Position numbers and translations under genes: made by a program. A stretch of 64,000 bases of DNA from a virus: IMG/VR virus record IMGVR_UViG_3300042861_001913. One strand, written 5' to 3'. Shown here piece after piece: positions 1 to 10,019 of the stretch; positions within the stretch are counted from its first letter, which is position 1, and each line of letters opens with the position of its first letter. The notes beneath the pieces were generated by a model. It worked only from the letters and a program-made list of their open reading frames with translations. It was not told where the DNA came from and did no database searches.

Positions 1-2
1 GT

Positions 3-1850
3 GTAGTTAGTACAGTTAATGGTATAGGAACTCCAGTTAGTTATGGTAGCTTCGCGTTAAATAACACTAAGAAGTTATCTGTAACTGTTAATTATCCAAC
101 TAGTGTTAGAAGTAATTATCCTGATGCTCTTATTGCAGGTTCTAGTAAAGGTAAGTTTAATGCAACTAATGTTGTTATCTATATTAAGAATAGTAGTAAT
201 GCCGTATTCGTAACTGAAGTTAACATAACTCCATCTGCTAGTAATGATGTTTATGTACTTAATTATAGTGACTTTACTAGTTCTACATTAGCAACACCAT
301 CTAGTAATTATGGTTTATATACACCATTAAGTGTAACTACTTCAACTCCATCTAACAGTAGTACATTTCCTACTGGTAGTTATGAAGTGTTTGTTGCATT
401 TAAATACACTGGAGTTGTTACAGTTATTGATCATAGTGTTAGTGAGTTATATGAGATAACAAGTAACCTGAGTGAGTTATTCTCAACTAGTGCAACAGTA
501 TGGTATAGCGATAATGGTGTTCCTAGTAGTTTAATTGGTGAAGATGGTTCATATTATCTTAATTATGATAATGCTAATATTTATAAGAAGGTTAATGATA
601 CTTGGAGTTTAGATGGAAATATTAGTGTTATTTCACCTTCATTTACTACTATTGCAGTTAGTGGACAAAGTAATGTAGTTGCAGATCAAACTAATGATAG
701 TTTAACTCTAGTTGCAGGAACTGGTATTACATTAACTACTAATGCCACAACCGATGCTATTACTATTACTGGAACTAGCGTCACTAATACATTTAGTACA
801 ATAACTGTAGCTGGACAATCTGATATAGTTGCTGATAATGGAACTGATACATTAACTATTGCTGCTGGTAGTGGTATTACCTTAACTACAAATTCTGCAA
901 CTGATACATTAACTATCGCAGGAACTGCTGTTAGTAATACATTTAGTACAATTGCAGTTAGTGGTCAATCTGATGTAGTAGCTGATAGTGCTAGTGATAC
1001 TATTACGTTAGTTGCTGGAACTGGAATGACTATTACAACTAACACCACTACAGATACTATTACTTTTGAAAGTAGTGGTGTTAATGTTGATGTTACGCGA
1101 ACTTCTACAATGTCTAATAGTATTGGAACTGGTAGTAAGACGTTTACTTATACTGCTAGTTCTAACTTAGGATGGTTAGTTAGTACGAGATTGCGTGCTG
1201 CGTATGATGTTTCTAACTATATGGAAGGTGTAGTTACTGCTGTTAGTAGTACCTCAGTTACTATTACATCAGATAATGCAGTTGGTAGTGGAACTTATAC
1301 TAGTTGGAACATAACAATAGCTGGAGATAAAGGTTCTACTGGAAGTGCTGGTAGTTTAAATGCCGCATCTGGATTTATATTAACTCCTGTTGGAAGTCCC
1401 ATTACTACATCAACTAACGAAGTTGGTTTCTATGTCGATAGCACTGATAACTTATTTAAAACTAGAGACGTTAATAATGGTACAGTTAGAACATTAGCAT
1501 CATTAAATAGAGTTCAAGCATTTACTCAAACACAATATGCTACACCTGTTATTAATAATTCTGCTACTGGGACAGTAACTTTAGACGGTAGTGCTAGTAA
1601 TGTTTTCATACTAACTCTAACTGGAAACCTGACTCTGACCATGAACAACATTCAAGTTGGAGCAACTTATATCATCTACTTAATTCAAGATGAAACTGGT
1701 AGTAGAACTATTACACTTGATGCTATATTTAAACGATTAACTGGTGATACAACTACAGTTAATACAACAGCTAATAAAGTTAATATGTTAACTGGAGTAG
1801 CTAGATCATCTAGTGCAATTACATTAGCTCCTATATCAGTTGAGGTTTAA
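3..1850 (+). CDS. tail fibre-like structural protein, 5' end lies outside the window
   Basis: The frame of listed ORF 387..1850 stays open with no stop back to nt 3 and has no in-frame ATG upstream, so the GTG at 387 is probably internal. Ser/Thr/Asn/Gly-rich with three 50-aa tandem repeats, typical of phage fibres. Confidence 0.6.
   Translation, partial: VVSTVNGIGTPVSYGSFALNNTKKLSVTVNYPTSVRSNYPDALIAGSSKGKFNATNVVIYIKNSSNAVFVTEVNITPSASNDVYVLNYSDFTSSTLATPSSNYGLYTPLSVTTSTPSNSSTFPTGSYEVFVAFKYTGVVTVIDHSVSELYEITSNLSELFSTSATVWYSDNGVPSSLIGEDGSYYLNYDNANIYKKVNDTWSLDGNISVISPSFTTIAVSGQSNVVADQTNDSLTLVAGTGITLTTNATTDAITITGTSVTNTFSTITVAGQSDIVADNGTDTLTIAAGSGITLTTNSATDTLTIAGTAVSNTFSTIAVSGQSDVVADSASDTITLVAGTGMTITTNTTTDTITFESSGVNVDVTRTSTMSNSIGTGSKTFTYTASSNLGWLVSTRLRAAYDVSNYMEGVVTAVSSTSVTITSDNAVGSGTYTSWNITIAGDKGSTGSAGSLNAASGFILTPVGSPITTSTNEVGFYVDSTDNLFKTRDVNNGTVRTLASLNRVQAFTQTQYATPVINNSATGTVTLDGSASNVFILTLTGNLTLTMNNIQVGATYIIYLIQDETGSRTITLDAIFKRLTGDTTTVNTTANKVNMLTGVARSSSAITLAPISVEV
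642..1067 (+). repeat. three tandem ~150-nt (50-aa) repeats inside the fibre gene
   Basis: FTTIAVSGQSNVVADQTNDSLTLVAGTGITLTTNATTDAITITGTSVTNT / FSTITVAGQSDIVADNGTDTLTIAAGSGITLTTNSATDTLTIAGTAVSNT / FSTIAVSGQSDVVADSASDTITLVAGTGMTITTNTTTDTITF. Confidence 0.85.
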
Positions 1851-1852
1851 TC

Positions 1853-2620
1853 ATGTTTACTTTTCCAGTTGGTTTTTTTAATCCTATTGTTAGTGGTGGT
1901 GTAGATCCTTTTGCCGCAAACGTAGCTCTATTTCTTAAAGGCAATGGCACTAATAATACGAATATTGTTGATAATTCTAGTTTTAATCATTCAATCATGA
2001 ACCAAAACGGAGTAATCAACACAATTAACCCTAAAAAGTATGGTCTTGGTAGTTTGTTTTTTTCGGGTGCTAACCACCTTATTCTAGGTTCTGATTTTGT
2101 GTCTAATTTTGAACCCTTTGCAGGGAGCAAAAAAACTATAGATTCTTTGATCAAAATAACAGAACCAGCGACATATTGGGTATCAGGCATAATCGGGAAT
2201 TATAGAGCTGTAGCGGCTAATGGTCGCTGGCGAATGGGTTATACTACTTCATCTTCATTAATAAATCCAAATCCCACGATATCCCTACACTTCACTTGGA
2301 CTACAAGCCAAGGTACTGAGACTGAAGTAGTTTTTACTCAACCTTATGTAAATGATTTCAATCATTTAGCCGCTTGCATAGATTCTACAATACCTCAAGC
2401 AACTATTATCTATCTTTGCATTAATGGAGTAGTTCAAGCTTTTAACAATAATAACTTTGCAAGTCAAACAACTTTATACAATGCCCATGCCCATACTATT
2501 GGCGGAGGCATGGATTACACAACTGCCATAAAAGCTCATGTAAATGTTTTGAGGCTTACAAAAAACGTCAGGTACACAGCCAACTTTAATGTTGAAACTG
2601 ACACTTACTTGAATGTTTAG
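1853..2620 (+). CDS. LamG/concanavalin-like jelly-roll domain protein (tail accessory?)
   Basis: Starts 3 nt after the fibre stop. ALFLKGNGTNNTNIVDNSSFNHS...GLGSLFFSGANHLILG resembles LamG-type domains common in phage tail proteins (from memory). Confidence 0.45.
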   Translation: MFTFPVGFFNPIVSGGVDPFAANVALFLKGNGTNNTNIVDNSSFNHSIMNQNGVINTINPKKYGLGSLFFSGANHLILGSDFVSNFEPFAGSKKTIDSLIKITEPATYWVSGIIGNYRAVAANGRWRMGYTTSSSLINPNPTISLHFTWTTSQGTETEVVFTQPYVNDFNHLAACIDSTIPQATIIYLCINGVVQAFNNNNFASQTTLYNAHAHTIGGGMDYTTAIKAHVNVLRLTKNVRYTANFNVETDTYLNV

Positions 2621-2657
2621 TTATGAAATTTGCTCAACAACTACTATCTAACTTATT

Positions 2658-3497
2658 ATGAACGAACGTAAATTAATAGATGAAATTAAACGCTTAGTTA
2701 ACAATGATGTAATTATTGGTTACTATAATGGAACTACATTTACTGACGATAATGGTAAAACATACGCTTCCAGCTATTTAGTAACTAATAATTCTCCTAT
2801 TGGTAGAGGATTCATAGTTCCATATGAAGGTAAATGGTTAGTTGTAGTAGCTAATAATAATCAAGAGGTAAGAAAAAATATAATAACTAGTAGAAAGAAG
2901 ATAAGTATTGAAGATAAACCTAAATCTCTTACTATTGATTATTTACTAGCTCATACAAATCTATTTAGGCGGAGTAACACATTTTATACAATTAGAGATA
3001 ACAAATGGAAAAAGTATGAATTACCAGAAACAATACCATTAGAATACTTAAATTATTATATTGATAGTAACTATATTGTTATAAAAAGTGATCAAAAGGA
3101 TAAGAGATTTAATCAATTAACCGTTTTAAAAGATGACGTATTTACAACCTATACATATCCAGAAGAACTTCCTGTATTAAAAACATGGCGCAAAGATGTT
3201 TTTAATACTTATAATGTTATTAATAACAATTATGGTAAATTCTGGGCTACAGTGTATCAAAATAGATTTTACGAGATATTATATGAATTTTCACAATTAA
3301 ATTTCGTTATTGAAGCATTAAGTTTAGAACAATCTATTAATATATATATTGTTAAATGTCGTTTTACTGAGGGTAAAATTACTAGTTGTAGGAAAAAACC
3401 ATTTAAAGTGAAAAGTCCTAAATTAGATACTAATATTATCTCTCCTGAAGAAGTAAACAAACTACTTATTGTTAGCACTTATATTAAATTTCAATGA
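2658..3497 (+). CDS. hypothetical protein (structural module)
   Basis: 279-codon ORF co-oriented with fibre genes in stop-rich AT-rich DNA; no motif recognised. Confidence 0.55.
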   Translation: MNERKLIDEIKRLVNNDVIIGYYNGTTFTDDNGKTYASSYLVTNNSPIGRGFIVPYEGKWLVVVANNNQEVRKNIITSRKKISIEDKPKSLTIDYLLAHTNLFRRSNTFYTIRDNKWKKYELPETIPLEYLNYYIDSNYIVIKSDQKDKRFNQLTVLKDDVFTTYTYPEELPVLKTWRKDVFNTYNVINNNYGKFWATVYQNRFYEILYEFSQLNFVIEALSLEQSINIYIVKCRFTEGKITSCRKKPFKVKSPKLDTNIISPEEVNKLLIVSTYIKFQ

Positions 3498-4735
3498 ATA
3501 ACCATTATCTGTCATCTCAAATAACTGGATTAACTACTAACATTGTTCAAGAGTTAGTAAGTCCACATAAACACACAATCCGCGATTATGAATCCATACT
3601 TCGTAATCCCTGGGCTAAGGAATGCTGTAATATTAAATCACTCAGAGCAACTGTAACTATAGGTGATTATCAGAATAAGAATAAAGAACATCAGGACTTC
3701 ATACTTGATGCTATAGCTAATATGGATGGCACATTATCTGACATAGTAGGACGATTATGTAGTGCTATGCCATTTGGACATAGTAGTGCTGAAATAGCAT
3801 TTAAACCAATACGTTCATTTGGTAAGACTCGCTACACACTGAAGGGAATTAATCTACTCGATCCTAAGAGAGTGCGTTATGCTGGTGCTGCTGGTAAATT
3901 AACTCATATTCGATATAACGATGGGATTCGTGCATTATGGATTCCTTATAACAAGTGTCTTCATATTACTAACGGATTAGTTACTAACTATAACGAACGT
4001 ACTGCTTATGGTGATCCAGAGTGCGAAACAGCCTATCCATACGTCAAACTATACGAGATTATATTCAGTGAAATGGCGGTTAGTGCTAAGACACTTGCGG
4101 TAGGTATATTACTAGGTCGTGCTGATACTGAGAATACTGTTTACTTACAAAATAAAGATGGTAGTCAATACATAGACGTTAGAACTGGTAAACCTGTAGC
4201 TATTAGTGCTGTAGCTAACCTAGCTGAACAGTTTCAGAACCTTGAAACTCACAGTCATATAGTTACCGATAAACGTAATGAAGTTAGTGCCTTACAGATA
4301 CCAGCAGGTGAACAGTTCTGGAATCTCGCAGAATCTATGTTGCGTAAGAATATATTTGCTGCATTTGGTGTACCTAGTATGGTGCTTGACGAAGGTAGTG
4401 GCGGTATTGCAACTGCTACACTCAGTGTTAAACATTTGTCAATTCTAGATAGTACAGTTGAAGCAACAGTTAAGAAGATTAGAGATCAACTGATTGAGAA
4501 AGTTATACGTCCACTTATTATATGGAACTATGGTGTTCAAGATGATTATGGTAGCTTCGCAGTTACTAATGTTAATGATCCGACTCAGGAGAGCGCACAG
4601 ATACAAAACTTCATAACTGCATTTACTACACAAGTAATACCCATGACTGATCTAGAAGCAATGAATAAGTTTCGTGAGTTGATGAAATTATCACCAACTA
4701 CAGAAGTTAGTCAGCCGGAGACTCAAAGCTATTAA
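3494..4735 (+). CDS. putative portal-like structural protein
   Basis: ATGA overlap with the upstream ORF. The segment ...LRKNIFAAFGVPSMVLDEGSGGIATATL... resembles the conserved core of portal proteins (Mu gp29/DUF935-like). Weak, eye-only call. Confidence 0.35.
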   Translation: MNNHYLSSQITGLTTNIVQELVSPHKHTIRDYESILRNPWAKECCNIKSLRATVTIGDYQNKNKEHQDFILDAIANMDGTLSDIVGRLCSAMPFGHSSAEIAFKPIRSFGKTRYTLKGINLLDPKRVRYAGAAGKLTHIRYNDGIRALWIPYNKCLHITNGLVTNYNERTAYGDPECETAYPYVKLYEIIFSEMAVSAKTLAVGILLGRADTENTVYLQNKDGSQYIDVRTGKPVAISAVANLAEQFQNLETHSHIVTDKRNEVSALQIPAGEQFWNLAESMLRKNIFAAFGVPSMVLDEGSGGIATATLSVKHLSILDSTVEATVKKIRDQLIEKVIRPLIIWNYGVQDDYGSFAVTNVNDPTQESAQIQNFITAFTTQVIPMTDLEAMNKFRELMKLSPTTEVSQPETQSY

Positions 4736-4907
4736 CTAAACTTTGCTTCTTACTTAATTTATTATTTAATCGCTCATGTAGATCATTTATAGAATCTTTA
4801 TAAAATTTAAGTTCGTCCTTAAGTGAATCTACTGTATCCTGGGTATCCTGAATATTATACATACTTATAACCTTGTTTAATTGCATATTGAGCAGTTGCA
4901 TAACCAT
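4707..4907 (-). CDS. hypothetical small coiled-coil protein, last gene of the minus-strand array
   Basis: 66-aa ORF convergent with and overlapping the portal-like gene by 29 nt; heptad-like DSLKDELKFYKDSINDLHERL. Confidence 0.35.
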   Translation of the reverse strand: MVMQLLNMQLNKVISMYNIQDTQDTVDSLKDELKFYKDSINDLHERLNNKLSKKQSLVNSFESPAD

Positions 4908-5042
4908 CTAATTCCTTCTATCATGAGTTCCATCTCCTATCAATATAACTCCTTATTCTTTCAAAACTCTGACCAACGTAGAATCTAAGTGCTTCACGTA
5001 ATTGATCAGGAGTTATATTAGGTATTGTTGATATAACCACAT

Positions 5043-5843
5043 TTATAAAATACCAAGAGCTACTAGTTCATTGTATAACACTTCTATATTACATTGATAA
5101 TAAGTATAGTGAGAACCACTTCCACCATAATAGTCATCTTCATGAATTTCACCCATTGAGCAGCTAATCGCATATAACTTCTTATAGGTAAGAAAACTAA
5201 TGGTCGGATCTATGCTAGTAATGAGATTATCAAATGCCTCAAAGTTAGCTAATGGTTCATCTCCATCATAGTATGTAATATCGTCATCCCAACAGTTACC
5301 CCTACTACCACCAGTAGACCAACTATCTGATTTGAGATATGGTTGATTGATAGTACAACCTAAATTATATTTATCAGAGAATACTAACCAATCTGGTTTA
5401 ACTGCAACTTTATGTAACTTCATAGTAGTATTCTCAAATAACAATTTAAGTTCATCTAAGTTAGGTACATCTAGAGTTAATGTCTTAATGCTAAACGCAC
5501 TAGAGATATCACGTCTATTAACATCATTAATTAAACACTGATTACGATTCTCTTCCCAGTAATGTATCTCTATCTCAGTTAACTCTTTATTCTTAACTAG
5601 TGCATTAATAACTAGAGTTAATTGTTCATTAGTGTGAATTAAACCATCAATGATAAATGTATTAGTTATATAACGAATATAGTTATCTAACCTAGTTAAC
5701 TTATTAACTGCATTCTTCTTATAACGTTTAAGTAGATCATCAAAATCAATATGTCTAATAAGTTTATTATTAGATGATTCTAGTTCCTTCGCAAATGTAG
5801 TTTTCCCACTACTCGGCAATCCCATCAATATTAATACTTTCAT
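5043..5843 (-). CDS. P-loop kinase/NTPase domain protein
   Basis: Walker A GLPSSGKTTF at the N-terminus; C-terminal ~130 aa not recognised. Confidence 0.6.
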   Translation of the reverse strand: MKVLILMGLPSSGKTTFAKELESSNNKLIRHIDFDDLLKRYKKNAVNKLTRLDNYIRYITNTFIIDGLIHTNEQLTLVINALVKNKELTEIEIHYWEENRNQCLINDVNRRDISSAFSIKTLTLDVPNLDELKLLFENTTMKLHKVAVKPDWLVFSDKYNLGCTINQPYLKSDSWSTGGSRGNCWDDDITYYDGDEPLANFEAFDNLITSIDPTISFLTYKKLYAISCSMGEIHEDDYYGGSGSHYTYYQCNIEVLYNELVALGIL

Positions 5844-6294
5844 CTTTAATGTATGTAATTACAATAGCTGTTGCATCTGCACTATGAGAACTCGTAAACT
5901 TAGTAGTAGTTCCTAGATACTCATTAACTGAGTTACTAATCATAGCTTTATCAGCTTTACCAGTTCCAGTTACTACTAACTTAATATGTTTAGGAGTGTA
6001 ACTATAAATAGACATGGATTTTAGTCTACTTAATACTTCAAATATACCAATGGCGCGATTTAGGCGTTCTCCATTGTTACCGCGACCTAGAAATACTGGT
6101 GCTTCGTATATCAGAGTATCTGGTGAATGCTCCGTCAATAACTTCTGATATTGGTGATAAATATGAACTAACTTATCGGAATCATCAGGTTGAGTTGCTG
6201 TTATTTCTCCAGTAGAGATAATCTTATTAACATCGGTATCGAATACACAATAACCGATGTTAACAATGCCGGGATCTATGCCAATTAATATCAT
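5809..6294 (-). CDS. ruvC: RuvC-like Holliday junction resolvase
   Basis: MILIGIDPG (Asp), YEAPVF (Glu) and SHSADA (His/Asp) in RuvC order. Confidence 0.75.
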   Translation of the reverse strand: MILIGIDPGIVNIGYCVFDTDVNKIISTGEITATQPDDSDKLVHIYHQYQKLLTEHSPDTLIYEAPVFLGRGNNGERLNRAIGIFEVLSRLKSMSIYSYTPKHIKLVVTGTGKADKAMISNSVNEYLGTTTKFTSSHSADATAIVITYIKDESINIDGIAE

Positions 6295-6311
6295 GATTAT
6301 AGTTAACTTAA

Positions 6312-6803
6312 CTACATCAATAATAACTCTATATTAACTGGAGTGTAGTTAACGCATTCTACAGATACACATTTAAACAACTTAGAGTCGTGTGTAGTTA
6401 TTGAGTTATGAAGATGTCCATGTACATTGATGAAGTTAACTCTACTTACTGGTTTGTGAGTTAGAAGTACATTAGTTAAGTTAACCTCTAGTTCTAACTC
6501 ATTATAGACATCGAGGAAACCAACATTCTTAAACCATGTATTAGTGTGACCTTTATCATGATTGCCACGAATTAGATACTTACTGCCATTTAGTTGATCC
6601 ATTATTAACTTAGTGTCGCGGAATCCAGCAAACGTAACATCACCTAAGTTATATACTATGTCATCATCATTAACTACACTATTCCAATTGCTGATAATTA
6701 CATCGTGCATATCACCAGTAGTTAGAAATGGTCTATTGCAATACTCAATTACCTTATGATGAAATAGATGTAAATCACTAATTACGTAAATCATAATCTG
6801 CAA
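6312..6803 (-). CDS. calcineurin-like metallophosphoesterase
   Basis: SDLHLFH, GDVTF, RGNHD and HGHLH motifs in canonical order. Confidence 0.8.
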   Translation of the reverse strand: MQIMIYVISDLHLFHHKVIEYCNRPFLTTGDMHDVIISNWNSVVNDDDIVYNLGDVTFAGFRDTKLIMDQLNGSKYLIRGNHDKGHTNTWFKNVGFLDVYNELELEVNLTNVLLTHKPVSRVNFINVHGHLHNSITTHDSKLFKCVSVECVNYTPVNIELLLM

Positions 6804-7257
6804 ACGTTATGTTATCTAATTTAACTTGATTAATTAATGTCCAGTTACTCCAATCCAAATTAAGATATCTATCACCATTAACTACATTATAAGTATGAGT
6901 AATAAATAACTTAGTTACATGAGGTAACAGCGTAGCATAGATACTAGATCCACCTATTATCCAGATAGGTTTGTTATATGATCTAGCTACACTGATTGCA
7001 GTATTAATATCACTGATGAAGAATGTCTCAGATTCGTTAGTAGTCAATCCCTTGTCGCGCGTAATGATGATATTAACGCGGTTAGGAAGCTTCCTAGAGC
7101 GTAGATCACCTCTGAAGGTATTAGCTCCCATTATGACTACTCCACCTGTTGTGAGTGCCTTAAAACGCTGCATATCGGCACAGTCATAATTAACTAATTT
7201 GCCGCCATTACCAATGCAGTTATTGAGAGATATATTAGCTATTAGATTCATAATCAA
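6778..7257 (-). CDS. folA: dihydrofolate reductase
   Basis: IGNGGKL...MQRFKALTTGGVVIMGANTF...RVNIIITRD...IWIIGGSSIY is the DHFR motif series. Confidence 0.8.
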   Translation of the reverse strand: MIMNLIANISLNNCIGNGGKLVNYDCADMQRFKALTTGGVVIMGANTFRGDLRSRKLPNRVNIIITRDKGLTTNESETFFISDINTAISVARSYNKPIWIIGGSSIYATLLPHVTKLFITHTYNVVNGDRYLNLDWSNWTLINQVKLDNITFADYDLRN

Positions 7258-8174
7258 TTCCTTTGTCTAGTTATCCACTGTAATATTGTATTAATTTTAG
7301 TATCAGGTTCTACAGCTTTAATTAAATCAGCAATATCTTTATTTGATAAACTTACATTTTCATCATAAATCTGTTTTCTTACCTCTGATTTATTTTTATA
7401 TTCATTAGGATCTACTTGCCATTCAATACTTCCATTTTCTAATTTAAAGATGTAATTTGTTTCATCTATTTGTTCAATGTTATTTTTAATTTGATATAAG
7501 CGTTTAATTTTCTTATTAGGAGATGGTTGATCTAATGCCCAAATAATTTCAGGATATTGAACTATACCACTAAAACCGCGTACCGATCTAGTAGTGTATT
7601 TATTATCCTTAATTTCACTCTTGTTAACTAATTGAGTAAATACAACTGCAATATTATATTTAAGAGCGATAGTAGCAAACCATTGTAGACAAGGTAGAAC
7701 TTGACACGTATTTTCATCAACAATATTAAATCCAGATAACGAATCAACTATTAATAGTTCAATGTTTTCTGATTCAATAATCTTTTCAATTAATTCAATA
7801 TCATCACTAACGTTATATGTAACTATCTCTAGTGGATTTTTAGGTGTAATGTAGTTGTTTCTACTACCACCTAATAAATCAATACGTTTAACGAATGATT
7901 TAATACGACCTTCTGTATCAATAATTAATACTCTACCTGTATCTTTAATTTCATAATCTTCTCTAGGTAAAAATGGTATATTACTAGTTATTGATAAACT
8001 AGCACCAACTAGACACCAACTTTTACCAATACCACCTTCAGCAACTACAGCACTAACACGACCTTTAGGAAATAAACCTCCTATATATTCAACTTCTACA
8101 TTTTCAACTTCAAGATTCATAACAGTGTGTCCTAAACTTGGAATATATAGACTTTCAACAAATACATCATTCAT
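7254..8174 (-). CDS. RecA-superfamily ATPase (AAA_25/KaiC/DnaB-C-like)
   Basis: Walker A AEGGIGKSW and Walker B ELLIVDSLSG. Confidence 0.6.
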   Translation of the reverse strand: MNDVFVESLYIPSLGHTVMNLEVENVEVEYIGGLFPKGRVSAVVAEGGIGKSWCLVGASLSITSNIPFLPREDYEIKDTGRVLIIDTEGRIKSFVKRIDLLGGSRNNYITPKNPLEIVTYNVSDDIELIEKIIESENIELLIVDSLSGFNIVDENTCQVLPCLQWFATIALKYNIAVVFTQLVNKSEIKDNKYTTRSVRGFSGIVQYPEIIWALDQPSPNKKIKRLYQIKNNIEQIDETNYIFKLENGSIEWQVDPNEYKNKSEVRKQIYDENVSLSNKDIADLIKAVEPDTKINTILQWITRQRN

Positions 8175-8271
8175 CTTATTAAGGGTTTATATGTTGTATA
8201 TGATTAATTATAAACTACAACATTGTCAGGGGTGGATAGGAAATGTTGTAAATAAAATAATTAAGTATTAT

Positions 8272-8424
8272 TTAAGATTCATAATCCATAACAATACAGG
8301 TAAGTAAGAAAAAAGGTAGGGCGATTTCAACACTTGTATAATCTGATGCTAAGTATCTATCCGCCACTCCAAACATGAATCCGCCAGTTAGTAATGTGAA
8401 ACTAATCCATCTCAGTTGTTTCAT
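8272..8424 (-). CDS. possible small membrane protein (50 aa, below ORF-track cut-off)
   Basis: Hand-translated MKQLRWISFTLLTGGFMFGVADRYLASDYTSVEIALPFFLLTCIVMDYES fills an otherwise empty 358-nt gap; no clear RBS. Confidence 0.3.
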   Translation of the reverse strand: MKQLRWISFTLLTGGFMFGVADRYLASDYTSVEIALPFFLLTCIVMDYES

Positions 8425-8532
8425 CTGATTAATGTATCCAATCTAATAATTCATTACAAGTAATAACACCGTTACATTGATAAACGTAGTTAAGTTATCT
8501 AAAGTACCACTTAACTTACATCAAGTTATCTA

Positions 8533-8943
8533 TCATAGTGCATTTAATATTGATTCATATGTAACAGGTGTATCATCATCGTCATCATAATCAATATCAC
8601 CAACAAAGTCATCTAATATTTTTTCTAATTCAGCATACATATTATGATATTGATCGTAATCTTTATTATGTTTAGCTGCTTTTAGTAAATCATAGAAACT
8701 AGTGTATTTAGAATTAATAACATAGTCTACATAATCATAAGCCTCACTATCATCATTTAACCATTCTCGTAATTCATCATAACTATAATTATAACTATCG
8801 TAAGTATCGTCATTAGCAATAATATCAAGCATTCTATCATCTGAATCATAGAATGATATATTACTAACTAATTGATAATATAACTCTTGTGCTTTATCAG
8901 TAGATCTACTAGATAAATATGCTGCAAATTCATAAATGTCCAT
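8533..8943 (-). CDS. acidic hypothetical protein with C-terminal YxxILxxL tail
   Basis: D/E/Y-rich; ends ...TYESILNAL; AGAGG RBS upstream. Confidence 0.6.
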   Translation of the reverse strand: MDIYEFAAYLSSRSTDKAQELYYQLVSNISFYDSDDRMLDIIANDDTYDSYNYSYDELREWLNDDSEAYDYVDYVINSKYTSFYDLLKAAKHNKDYDQYHNMYAELEKILDDFVGDIDYDDDDDTPVTYESILNAL

Positions 8944-8964
8944 GTTATTACCTCTAATTAAAAT

Positions 8965-8990
8965 AACCCTAGTTAATGTTAACTAAGGTT
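8965..8990 (-). terminator. hairpin after thyA
   Basis: AACCCTAGTTAA-tg-TTAACTAAGGTT is an imperfect 12-bp inverted repeat. On the minus strand it is followed by ATTTTAATT and then the RBS of the next gene. Confidence 0.4.
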
Positions 8991-9044
8991 ATATGATGTC
9001 TATTTAAGTGATGTTATTTAAGTCGTTCTGCTACGCGAAGTTGA

Positions 9045-10019
9045 TTAATATCCTCCTACCACTGTAATATCACCACGTAATGTTGGATGATGTTGATAAT
9101 CATTAATTACAAAGTCATCAATAACGAAGTCTTGCAAATACCGTTGACCTCTATCTCTAATAGTTAAAGTAGGTAACGTATAGGGAACTCTAGTTAATTG
9201 CTCATTAACTTGTTCAACATGGTCACTATAGATGTGATGATCAGCAGTTGCAATAACTAACTCACCTGGTTCATATCCAGTACATTTAGCATACATAGAT
9301 AGAAGTAGTGCATACTGAGCGATGTTATACGCGCCACCGAGGAATAAATCCCAACTGCGTAGGTATAACATTATACTTAACTTACCATTACTTACATTGA
9401 CTGAGTAGTGAGTATGACAAGCTGGAAGTATTACTGATTCATTACCACATTTATAAGCCATTGAATAAACAGTAGTTGGATTCCAATAACTTACAAGAAA
9501 AGACTTACGATCAGGTGTCTTTTTAATTCCATCAATTACAAATCTAGTTTGATCTAGTGTACTATATCTGTACTCAGAATCTATTTGGGTAGACCAATAA
9601 TGTGTATATTCCCAACTTGTACTATTACTATAATGAAGTGGAATAATTTCGCTAGTAATAACACCATCATCAACTAACTGTTGCCATTGTTTGGTTAACT
9701 CAACTGTATTATCAGCAGTTAACTTAACACCTTTATTACGCCAATACTGTTTAGCACCCCATTCATCCCAGATAGTACACTTAACATTATGTAACTTAAC
9801 TACATCATTGCTACCATCTATAAACCACAACATCTCATTGAATGCTGATTTATAAAATGTACGTTTAGTAGTTAATAGTGGAAATCCATCTGATAGATTA
9901 AATCTAACTAAACCACCAAATCTACTAATAATATATTTGTCATCATGACCATATATATTTTTTCTTACGCCATTATCAATTACATCTTGTAGCAGGTTCA
10001 AAAATTGTTGTTCTGACAT
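9045..10019 (-). CDS. thyA: thymidylate synthase (ThyA family)
   Basis: FNEMLWFIDG, SYWNP, LPACHTHY (catalytic Cys), RSWDLFLGGAYNIAQY (Asn retained, dUMP type) and DHHIYSDH. The ~50-aa insert resembles long ThyA forms. A DHFR gene lies nearby. Confidence 0.8.
   Translation of the reverse strand: MSEQQFLNLLQDVIDNGVRKNIYGHDDKYIISRFGGLVRFNLSDGFPLLTTKRTFYKSAFNEMLWFIDGSNDVVKLHNVKCTIWDEWGAKQYWRNKGVKLTADNTVELTKQWQQLVDDGVITSEIIPLHYSNSTSWEYTHYWSTQIDSEYRYSTLDQTRFVIDGIKKTPDRKSFLVSYWNPTTVYSMAYKCGNESVILPACHTHYSVNVSNGKLSIMLYLRSWDLFLGGAYNIAQYALLLSMYAKCTGYEPGELVIATADHHIYSDHVEQVNEQLTRVPYTLPTLTIRDRGQRYLQDFVIDDFVINDYQHHPTLRGDITVVGGY

Noticed and set aside
4921-5040. A 40-codon GTG-initiated minus-strand ORF in the gap between 4907 and 5043.
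   Set aside because: It has no clear RBS, a non-ATG start and several competing tiny frames. The support is too weak to list as a feature.
9045-10019. The ThyA homologue might be a dUMP/dCMP hydroxymethylase used for base hypermodification.
   Set aside because: The specificity Asn of the ...NIAQY motif is retained (dCMP hydroxymethylases have Asp). In addition, a DHFR gene, needed to recycle the dihydrofolate made only by true thymidylate synthase, is encoded nearby. A dUMP hydroxymethylase cannot be fully excluded without a proper alignment.
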